Shown here: piece after piece, positions 11,139-22,946 of the stretch | Position numbering within the stretch: the first letter of the stretch is position 1 | Layout of the letters: every line of letters begins with the position of its first letter | NCBI GenBank assembly: GCA_037447605.1 | Contig: CM074816.1 | Coordinates: forward strand, 248,001 to 312,000 | Length of the DNA stretch: 64,000 nt | Direction of reading: 5' to 3' | Origin: Zygnema circumcarinatum SAG 698-1b | Taxonomy: Eukaryota > Plantae > Zygnematophyceae | Notes under the pieces: model-generated | What the model was told of the DNA's origin: nothing | Databases searched by the model: none | What the model saw: the letters and a program-made list of their open reading frames with translations, nothing else | Program-made: the position numbers and the translations under genes

Positions 11139-14100
11139 GTAAGCTGTCATGTTTGTTTGTTTCTTGCTTATTTGCTTCATAGCAATCCGTGCAGCCGTAT
11201 GGCCGTCCACTTTCATAACGCCGTGTGGCGAGTCTAGCGATACCCTGCCGCTCCATGAACCTTTCTGGTATTAGGGTTTTTAGGGTTTTTAGAGTTGCTA
11301 CATCATGGCATATGTACCACCGTCCATACCGGTAACAACGGACCCGTGACGTGATGCAACCCCCTCCTGTTCCTTATCGCCAGTATAGGGTTCGACGGGG
11401 GGAGCATTGAAGGGGACAATTACGTAAGGTCCCTTGTTTCACGGTCCATTGACATTTTACTCACCTTTGACTCTTGACTTCCTTTCACTCTTGTTAAAGT
11501 AAAAGAAGTAAAATAAGAAGCATTATGTGAAGTGGCAAGCTTCGCTATTTTCTGAATGTTGTATATTTGTTGCAACAAAAACAAGATCAAATTAAAGCTT
11601 CCTTAGCTTCAGTCTGGCTGTAAAAATTCTTAAAAAGAATTATGAAAGCTCGTTAGTAGGCATTACTTTTGTAGCGTATGCTACTCGACTTAAAAAATAT
11701 CATCAAATTCGGGAAACGGTCTTTCTCTGAATACAGCGGGTTTGAAGCCCGGTTGATCTAGAGTACGTTGGGTCCACTAAGTCATGACACGTGGTTTTCC
11801 TTACCTGGCACTGTGAGAATGGGGTTGGCGAGTGTTTTGAGAGACAAAGATACGAATAAAATTAAGGATGCCATCATTAAGGTCAGCTCCAGGTTTCAAT
11901 TTACTAGAGATGCATAAAACCAAAGGATAGGTTCAATCAAAAGATGGGTTCTGGCAAACAAAAAAGCTGATTACATAAAGGTAAAGATGGCAAAAAGGAG
12001 CCGCTAGATGCTAACATAGTCGAAAACGCGGCTATGGTTTCCTTCAAAACTCGCATGTTGTCTATGTGCTTACTACTCCATAAAATGGTGGAACTAAAAA
12101 ATGCGCTCGACATTTAATTTAGAGGACGTGCTCGTCTTTTGAAAGCTCTCCTTTGTTAGCCATGGAACAAGGCCAACTCTCGAGGTCTGAAAGTGGCCTC
12201 ATGAAAGACTTTTAAGCGGGTCCTTAACTAACGCATATTTTGGATCAGAATATTATCAATAAGGGATTTGAGAAATGTCTGAAACGGAGAGGCTAGAAGA
12301 GATACATATTCTTCTACTCCGCCGTAAATTTATCTTGTGTAGCAGAACTATACATTGATTTGTATAGTTTAATTTTTACATCCGCAGTTGGCTTTTAAGG
12401 GTTAAAGCACACAAAATTGGTCACACACTGTCTTGAGATCAAACCTTGTTAGAGGCAGGTTTGTTACATTGGTTTGGTTGGTTGATGCGCATCTGTCAAA
12501 ACTGGCAGACGTGTAGCAACCTTTGACGCGCGTTAGAGGTGATCCTATGCCACATGGCGCCTTGCCAGTGGGTGGCCCTCTAAATGAAAAAGCTAACGAA
12601 GCGCCTTTTCAGTTCCACAATTGACTGTTGACAGTCCATTTTTTTTAAAGATACATAGCTAACACCTAATGTATCCCTTTTTTAAAATGTATCGTGTATC
12701 CGTTTCCCATGAGTTGGAAGTGTGTATGAGTTGGTTTGTGTGCAATACTCTTGCAGAGCCTTCGTCGACTCCCCCACCTCGGCTTTCAAAACCACCTCCA
12801 CCTCGGCTTTCAAAACCACCTCCACCTCGGCTTTTAAAACCACCTCCACCTCGGCCTCCAACATCACCTCCACCTCCAACACCACCTCCACCTCGGCCCC
12901 TAACAACGCCGCCATCGCTGCCACCCTCTTCAGAAGGTATCGAAAGGAGGCATGTGTTATGGCTGCCTTCTGTCCTTAAATGTCTATCTTCGTTTCATTG
13001 CACAAGCATGGACATCATCATTTACAACGTACACTGTTTCAGGATAATCATTCCACTTCACCGCAGTATTTGGATCATTTTCAAAGAAATGTTCTTCTGT
13101 TGCACGCTTCAGCAAACAAGGATAACGCATCAACCACAAGACAATGAAGTGATCAAAGCCAAGGACTAGATATGGTCACCTTCGGTCTCTTTCTTTCTTT
13201 TGGCCGTACGCTGTTGATCTGGCTAGGTGATGAAACTCGCTACTCAGGGACTGGAATAGAAAACTCAACGTCACACAAACATTCCCATTGCCACCACTAT
13301 CGCCACTTTCTCCAGAGGGTAATGAGTTGTGCAATCATATAAATCATCAATATAGTACTATTTTTGAGAAATATCATTGCCTTCTGATAATTTTCTGATT
13401 GATTTGATCTGGCTACACGCTAAGAGCATGATGAGATTAACGAATCAACCATCTAAAGGGAAGGCATGACTCATGTCACGAGAACAATTTTTTTTCTATA
13501 TGATGCTTACTAACTTCGACACTTATTTGAACTCTAAGAGGGTATGCAAACTGGTCGTCCGCTTTTCTATAGAATCCTAAGATAGTGGTCGTCCACCTAG
13601 AAAAGTTACACGTGATGTTCTGGATAGCGAGTGCTGCTTGATGCTGGCCAGCTCTCTATTAGGCCAATTCTGCAACCTCGAACCAATTTGGAACTTATTC
13701 CACTTCGCCCGATAATTCCCAAGCGTGCTTTGGGTCATGGGTTCGAGTCCCAACGGGATCACTATGATAGATTTTTGAAGCAGTGCAAACCAGAGGTTAC
13801 CATTGCTGATGAATTTGGCTATGAGGTTAGATTTACTACCAGAATATTGCTACTTGTACGAACAGGCAAACTCTGCTTTAGTCGTGAAGGTGGGAGCATG
13901 GCTGGAGGGAGGAGTAACCTTTTCTAATGAAAGCTGTCGTTTGAATGTTGACGCAGTCGCCGCTCTTTTGGAGTTCAAGCGAGCGATCGTATATGATACT
14001 TTTGATGAGCTCTCGGATTGGAAGACAGGTATAGCAAATTACAGTGTGTGTGATTGGAACGGAGTAGACTGCACCACAACCTTCCCAAAATTAGTCAACA

Positions 14101-17100
14101 AACTGTAAGGCACCTTCCCCTTCACCTCATAAATATTTTGAAGAATCTAAGAAAATCCGTTATGTGAAAAAATACTAAAAGTGGACCAAACATACGCATA
14201 GGTCTTCCCAACTTCTGAAAGTTCTTTTGGTATTTCTCTCCGAAAGAAACAAACCTTTCAGATTTCTCAGTTGTTAAGAGAGTTTCGTCAATGATTTATC
14301 TGTGTGGAGGTCACGAAAGGAAAAGTTTCAAGCAGGACAACGATTCTTTTGTTTTTTGGGACAAAAAAAACAACAGCAATACCCAAAAAAGTAGAATAAT
14401 ATGTAACCTGCCATATCTGAACTGCAACTTAAATTTGGTGGGAGATAAAACCATGCCAATGCAACCAACTTAAATGCTTGTATTTTCTTACAGGTCCTTG
14501 AGTGGAGTTCAGCTGCAAGGCACGATTTCACCTTCAATCGGTAGTCTTCATGCTTTGGAGGAATTGTGAGCATCTCTTCCCATTTTTTAGCTTCAAAGGT
14601 TTACATTGACATAGGCACGCGAATACTTGTGGATGTTTGCAACATGAAAAAATCAAATTCTTGGGTGGGCGCTGCTCGCTCATGACATTCTTCGTTGAGG
14701 ATCTACTCTCTCAAAGTTGTGGTTTCACACTTCCTACGGGTTGGGGCACGCGGAGTGAATATAGCACATGTGAAGCAAACCTTGCGTGGGTTTTTAGTAT
14801 TTCGTTGGGATGTTGTTTGTTTTTCAAAGTTACTGTATGCCCAGATCCATATTGTACTTTTTTCGCAGGGATTTGTCGAACAACAAGTTCACGGGCAGCA
14901 TTCCCGACACCATTGGCCGACTTCAACTTCTGAAAAAATTGTGTGGTTCGCACTTTTGGAAAATGTCATTAAGTGTAATAACTTTCTTCTACTTAAGTGG
15001 AATAGCAGAAATGTTCATTTTTTGGTATTTTTGGCCTCCTGTTTTGTCAGTGGTTATTTAGTCTTTATCAGGTTAAACCTGCGGTTTTCTTCGTACGTTA
15101 ACATCAACAAGAGTTTTGTCTATTGGAATGGCTTGTTTACTATGGTTGATTTCTTATTTATGGCAGGATTTTGTCAAATAATGAGTTATCCGGCAGCATT
15201 CCCTTGTCCTTCGGCAATCTGAACTCTCTTACAGAAATGTACGTAGTGCCTACTTGACTTTACTTGACTTCTCTTGACTTCTCTTTATCTTCTCTTGACA
15301 ATGCCTACTTGAATTCTCTAGCAGGATTGCTGTCCATAGTTCCGCGGTGTGCTTGAAAGGGAGCCTGCACCCTTCAGTAGTGTGACCAAATGGTCTTTTA
15401 ATTCTGCAATATGCTACAGATTACTGATTTGACATCTCCCATGAACAACGGGTTCACCTTACTTTATGGTTGCCTTCTCGCAGGTCCATGTCCTTTAATA
15501 ATCTTACGGGGAGTATTCCCTCTTCGTTCGGAAATCTAACCTCACTTGCGAGTTTGTGAGTGTCAGTTTAGTTTTCATTTATTTATTTACTTGGCTTTTC
15601 AGCTTTTTCGTAGAATTTTAATACGTCACCACATCGAATAGAAGAAATAGTTCAACAGTTGTAAAACAAGTTAAGAAAATTTAAAAAAATNNNNNNNNNN
15701 GTCGTTTCATTGCACAAGCATGGACATCATCATTTACAAAGTACACTTCTTCAGGAGAATCATTCCTCTTCACCGCAGTCTTTGAATCATTTTCAAAGAA
15801 ATGTTCTCCTGTTGCACGCTTCGGCAGTCAAGGATAAAGCTTCAGCCACAAGAAAATGAAGTGATCAAAGCCAAGGACTAGTTATGGGCATTTTCGGCCT
15901 CTTTCATGGCCGTATGCTGTTGATCTGGCTAGGTGATGAAACTCGCTATTCAGAGACTGGCATAGAAAACTCAACGTCACACAAACATTCCCATTGCCAC
16001 CACCGTCGTCACTTTCTCCAGAGGGTAATGAGTTGTGCAATCATAGAAATCATCAACAGAGTACTATTTTTTGAGAAATACCATTGCCTTTTGATAAGGT
16101 TTCTGAGTGATTTGATCTGGCTACACGCTAAGAGCATGACGAGATTAACGAATCAACCATCTAAAGTGAAGTCTTCGCTTTAAATGGTTGAGAACAAGAT
16201 TTTTTCTATATGGTGATTACTAACTTCTTCATTTATTTGAACCCTAAGAGGGTATGCAACTAGTCACCCGCTTTTCTGTCGAATCCTAAGCTAGTGGTTG
16301 TCCACCTAGAAAAGTTACACGTGATATTCTGGACAGCTAGTACTGCTTGATGCTGCTCAGCTCCCAATTAGGCCAATTCTGCAACCTCTACCCACTTTGG
16401 AACTTACTCCACGTCGCCCAATGGTTCCCAAACTTGCTTTGCGACCAGAATATAGCTACTTGTACGAACAGGCAAACTCTGCTTTAGTCGTGAAGGTGGG
16501 AGCATGGCAGGAGTGAGGAGTAACCTTTTCTAATGAAAGCTGTCTTCTGAATGTTGACGCAGTCGCCGCCCTTTTGGAGTTCAAGCGGGCGATCGTCTAT
16601 GATACCTTTGATGAGCTCTCGGACTGGAAGACAGGTATAGCAAATTACAGTGTGTGTGACTGGAACGGAGTCTACTGCACCACAACCTTGCCAAAATTAG
16701 TCAACAAACTGTAAGACTCCTTTCCCTTCACCTCATAAATATTTTGAAGAATCTAAGACAATCCTTTATGTGAAAAAATACTATGAGTGGCCCTAAAAAC
16801 CCTTAAAACCCTAAAAGCCGTACAGACTATACGGCCGACCATACGGTGGACCGTACGGCCGAAGTACATCGGACATACTGTACGGCCGTACGAAGGGAAC
16901 ATGGTGCGCGGAGCACCATGGTGGGCGTAGCAACCGCTACATAACCTGTCACGTCTAAACTGCAACTTGAACTTTGTTGGGAGAAAAAACCATGCGAATG
17001 CAACCAACTTAAATGCGTGTAGTTTCTGACAGGTCCTTGAGTGGAGTTCAGCTGAAAGGCACGATTTCACCTTCAATCGGTAGTCTTCCTGCTTTGGAGG

Positions 17101-20100
17101 AATTGTGAGCATCCCTTCCGATTTTTTAGCTTCAAAGATTCACATTGACATACGCACGCAAATAGATGTTTGCAACATGAAAAACTTGTATTCTTGGGTG
17201 GATGCTGCTCGCTCATGGCATTCTTTGTTGTGGGTCTACTCTCTCAAAGTTGGTTTCACACTTCCTACGGGTTGGGCACGCGGAATGAATATAGCACATG
17301 CGACACAAACCTTGTGCGGGTTTTAAATATTTCGTTGGGATATCGTTTGTTTTCCAAAGTTACTATATGCCCAGATCTACATTGTACTTTTGTCGCAGGG
17401 ATTTGTCGAACAACAAGTTCACGGACAGCATTCCCGACACCATTGGCCGACTTCAACTTCTGAAAAAAATGTGTGGTTCTTACTTTTGAAAATTGTTATA
17501 AAGTGTGATAACTGTCTCCTACTTAAGAGGAATAGCAGAAATGTTCATTTTTTGGTCTTTTTGGCCTCCTGTTATGCCTGTGGTTATTTAGTCTTTATCA
17601 GGTAAAATCTGCTGTTTTCTTCGTACGTTTACTTCAACAGGAGCTTTGTCTATACGATTGGCTTGTTTACTATAGTTGATTTCTTATTGATGGCAGGATC
17701 TTGTCAAATAATGAGTTAACCGGCAGCATTCCCTTGTCCTTCGGCAATCTGACATCTCTTACAGAAATGTAAGTAATGCCTACTTGACTTTACTTGACTT
17801 CTCTAGCAGGATTGCTGTCCATAGTTCCACGGTGTGCTTGAAAAGGGAGCCTGCAACCTTCAGCAGTGCGACCAAATGGACTTTTAGTGCTGCAATATGC
17901 TACAAGTGACTGATTTGACATCTCCTATGTTCAAAGAAAACAATGGGTTCACTTTACTTTATGGTTGCCTTCTCGCAGGTCCATGTCCTTTAATAATCTT
18001 ACGGGGATTATTCCCTTTTCGTTCGGAAACCTAACCGCACTTGCGAGTTTGTGAGTGTCAATCTAGTTTTCATTTATTTACTTGGCTTTTCAACTTTTCC
18101 ATGAAATTTTAATACGTCACCCCATCGAATAGAAGAAATAGTTCAACAGTTGTAAAAAAAAGTTAAAAAAATAGCTAATGCAAGCGATCTCAATAGGAAA
18201 TGATCGCGGAAACTCTTCCATTTTTCCTATAGGGTGATGGATGGTATGCTGAGGAATCTATGTGAAATGATCTGCACATGATGGGAACAGGAACTTACGA
18301 AACAATCAATTGAACGGCTCAATTCCTGCATCAATTGGCACCCTCAGAAGCCTTAAACTGCTGTGAGTCCTCGTGCTTGACTGCTTGCCCTATTATTATT
18401 ATTATTTTTATTATTATTTTTTTATTATTGTTATTATTATTTTTTATTATTTATTGTAAGGAATGATGCAAATTGAACAACCATTGAAATTTCAATCAGC
18501 AAAATTTGGCGTTATGCTGCAAAGAATGGAGGTGATGTACAATTTCCTGAACAGGAAGAGCCTTACAATATGTAGATATATCTCTGCGGCGAATGTGGCA
18601 GGACCTTATCGTACAATCGACTGACCGGCATTATTCCCACAAGCTTTGGAGGACTCCTAGCCATCCGGCAGATGTGAGCTTACTCAAAAATAACTTAACA
18701 GTGATCATGAACATTCAGATAGGTCAACTCGATAGCGATTTACAAAATCATCTTTTTGTTGTGAAAATAGCAATGTTGTAGTTTGCTTTCAATCTTCTTT
18801 GTCACAATACAACCATTAGAATTGGAGGAAGAAGGCGGTACACATTCTGGACCTCGAAGACTATTGGGATCTGAAGCCAAAAGTGAGTTGGAGTTGATTT
18901 TCCTGCAGAAATTTAGCAAACAATTCACTCATCGGTCCACTCGTGTTTGACTTTGGACTGCTCGAAGAAGTTTCCTTCAACTTCAACAACAACTACTTTT
19001 CTGGCGAACTCTCGATCACTGTCAACGGTGAGGCAAGGAATTGTGTTGGGTTTGACTTGAACTGCTTTGAAACGACCTGCAGCCCACAAAGAGATGCCAA
19101 TTCCTGCAACTCTTTCTGCAATGCAAGGCAGCCACAAGGTGCTTGTGGGGGCAATGGGTTCTGCTCTTCCAATGGAAGCCGGCCAACCTGCTCTTGTGAT
19201 GTTGGGTACAACATCTCTCCGGATGGATACACTTGCATTTTTGGTGAGATCTCAATTTCTCTCTCCTGTTTTGGTTGATTTCGATGTGGCTTTGGCGTGA
19301 TAGAGTGATTCAGGTTCTTCTCCAAATGAAGTTTCAATGCTAGTGGGCACTTTTTCAGTGTGAGCATGTAAGGTCCCTCTTTTGTAAACAAGACATTGCG
19401 ATGCATTTAAGTAAATTTTTCCAGTCTTATGTTAGGCGTATCGTACATCATAAATCCTCGTTGAAAGTTTGCATTCCTTGTGTCGTTGTGTAGGGGGTCG
19501 AGGGTTTGGCTTGAACACAACTGCACCTTTAAACTCATCCCTGAAATTAAACCGCTATTTTCGATATGCGACCACGGGATACTTGAGACGGAGGAGTGGC
19601 AAATCCTCGTGGCAGGTCGCCATTGCATGGAATTGGACTGAAGAAGGAGCAGTTCAAGGCATCAAAGATCAAGGAAGCTGCAGTGAGTGATGGGGGGGGG
19701 GGTTTAGCATGAGAAAGAGATAAGTCAGTATGGCTGTATTGTCCCTTAACATTGCATTCACTTTGGTCGTCGACAACCATCACACTCAGCTCAGATTTTG
19801 CCTATATATGGAGAAGCCATTTGAAGCTATCAACGTTTGGTTTTGCTGACGTTAGGGCATGCAGAGTTCGTATATATGTCAAACATCTATCCACATGCTG
19901 CTTTCACATTGCAGACTCGTGTTGGATATTTTCCGCGATATCCGCAATTGAAAGCGCATTTTTTATCGTCAACGGTGGAAAGCTTCCGATCCCGCAGTTG
20001 GCAGAGCAGCAGGTCCTGAGCTGCTCCCCCATCGGCAAGACCTGCACATCCGGGGGATGGCCCCAAGAGGCTCTTGACTATGCCGCCAACAATGCGCTCA

Positions 20101-22911
20101 TTTCACAGTCAAATTTCACAGGGCAAGCGAGCTGCGGCAAAGTAAGTTTGAATAGGTAGTATGGTAGTATGGTGTTGTGATTGAGTTGCAGAAGCTTGCT
20201 ATTAGTTGGAAAGTATGTAGGAGAATGTATGGTCTGCACTGCAAGCACAAAATCTCGGTAGTATTTTTTGTTGTTTTTTGGTACTAGCATGCAAGGAGGA
20301 GACAAAAGGACGGTTTAATCGCAAACCTTTTACATGAATAAACTGACAACATTTTGATAGAGATTGATTTGATTCGCGATTGGCGTGCAAGCTGCAGGGT
20401 GATAACAGATTCAAAATCTCGTGGTTTGAGCAAGCGGCCACCCACGGCTGGATGGGCCTATTGCTCATTCTGCAGCAGCAACCGGCTGTTGTGAATATTG
20501 AAGCGAGTGGACTCACCTTCACGAACTACAACGGAGTAAGAACATGATCAATAATCTCTTACTGACCATGTCGAACATTCACTCATTCATTCATTCATTC
20601 AATTTTGCACTTTAATCCTGACCATGCTAGTTTGACTCGTTCAAGACGCTCATGTTAAGAGTCTACCTAAACGTGTGGGGGTAAAGTGACTCAAGCTACA
20701 GAAGTATCAGTTCTCATCCTAATTATCAGGTCGATATCACTCAGTGAAGAGGGATGGCAGGTGCTAACCGACAACAGCACTCCAAATACTTGGCCTATGT
20801 CATATCTAATAAAATAATAATAATAATCTTATATGTTCATAAGCACTCAGTTTACGGTTAAACCCACTGGGAGACTGTAGGGAGTATTTGACGATGAAGA
20901 CTGCTTCTCGAACGGAGTGGATCACAGCGTGGTGGTGGTCGGATACGACTTGAGTGCGGATCCACCCTTTTGGATCCTCCGCAACTCGTGGGGCCAAAAC
21001 TGGGGCGAGCAGGGCTACATGCGGATCAAAGTGTCCGCCGGTTTGGGGATCTGCGGGATCAACAGCCTTCCGGCTCTCATGCCGGTGGTGAAGCCCGCAG
21101 GTGAGAGGGGATGAAATTTGTTTCAATGAACAACAACATGAAACCTTGCGATTAAAACGTCATCATCGTTGTAGCTATTCAACGCGATGAATTTCAGCCA
21201 TCTCAAATCTGAGAAGGTCAGGCATGAGGCCTAAGTGCCGTTGTTGTTATAAGTTTTGCTAACACGTTTGACTCTTGGACCTATTCGAACAACATCTTCA
21301 ACAATGAGTAGGTGCTTTTGGGAGGCAAAGTTATTCATTTCCTTTTTTTCGCAGATGACAGATTTCTTAGGGTAGTTTTAGGCATTTTTGAAAGAACAGG
21401 TCGAAGTATGCATGTGTGCTAATGCTCTATAGCACATGAAAAGGTCACTTTGTTAATAGCATGACGATACGTCTCTGAGATCACTAAACTGAAAGAACGT
21501 AAGGCTGTCCTATTTGTTTTTGCAACAATTTCGCACATTTTCTTTCCCAGCTTCTACCAAGGCAGATATTGATGTCTTTTGTACTCTCGTGCTGGTTGGA
21601 TTCAGTCAATGATCCATGTTTTAGGAACAGCTATGCCAGTACAGTTCTGAAGACCGCAAATGGACCGGGTACAATGAATCCGTGCGGCAATGGTGTGTGT
21701 ATTGTGAATGGGTCTACAAACTTGTGCGACTGTACGGAGGGGTTCGTGGCAGTGACCAACAGCGACCACTCACAAACATGTGCACCACGTGAGTGTGACC
21801 AATACCGTAAACATGCTCACATCACTTATTTAATGTACTAACTTTCGCCGTGATTCTTCATAAAATGGGGTCACCACATTAGTTCATTCCTGACCGACAG
21901 GTATGCGTGTTAACTAACTGCCCTCCAAAATGACTTATAGTCTAGTTTTTGCTCACCTCTGAATCTCATTCAATTCCAATCCAATTTTTAATCAAACGAT
22001 AAAAAATAGTGCTTATTACAGCTTGCTTGTGCTTGCTGTTACATGTGTAACGGAGTAACAAGTCGACAAAACTGTACGGCTGTTTCCTGTCGGCCAGTCT
22101 CCCCTTGCACTTTTGCTGCAAGCAACCCCTGCGGCGTGGGGACGTGTCTCAATGCGGTGGCGACACCTGGCGCGTACGCCTGCGCCTGCCCGCTGGGATA
22201 TGCCGCCGACTCCCCTGACGGCATCCTCACATGCGTGCCAGGTCAGCCCTAATTTGCAGAACAGATGAAGTAGTTCGAAGAAACCTCATGAATGCATGGT
22301 CCTGCATGCACCGATTTCACATCAGAGGAGCGCTGCAGAAAAACTTTGAAGGTCCTTCTTGAGTTGGAGACAAGTAGGAGGTACCACATGGAATTGAATC
22401 GCGAGTGAATTGCGACTGCCGATTGCACCTAAAACTTTTTGCTTCTGTTTATTTCTTCTGGAAAAAGTACTCGAGCTTTCATTCCTTTCACAACTAATGA
22501 CACCGATTGCTTCGAGTATCTTCTTCAGCTGCGATAGCAACCGGGCTGCAGTACTTTATTGTGCCGGCTGGGGCCAATATGAGTTGCTACGACATCTATA
22601 TCCTATATGGCATCAGCAAGAGCATTTTCTTAGCTCAAAATATGGTCAGTAAGGGATTCTATTACATCCTCTCTCGGCAAACTCTGCGTCTAGGGATAGT
22701 CACGTGTTTCTTCAACCCCTCGTTTTTTCCTCTAGTACAAGTTCATGCCAAACCGTTGATGCATTTTGCAGAATCTGAATTGCTTATTGCCCTTGCCGGG
22801 AGGCACAAGGGTGAATGTCACCAACCCCAGAAACTGCTCCGTGGTTTATGCTGTCAATGAGGTAGCCTTTGAACTCCTTCGCCGCATTCTCATTGTTCAA
22901 GTTCTTCTTTT

Positions 22912-22946
<35 letters not shown>

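Noticed and set aside
11140-12750. Possible retroelement remnant in the long intron after the NIDO block
   Set aside because: No recognisable RT, integrase or transposase motif, and no terminal repeats were seen.
13738-13752. tRNA gene suggested by GGTTCGAGTCCC
   Set aside because: Only a B-box-like motif is present; no A-box or cloverleaf could be built.
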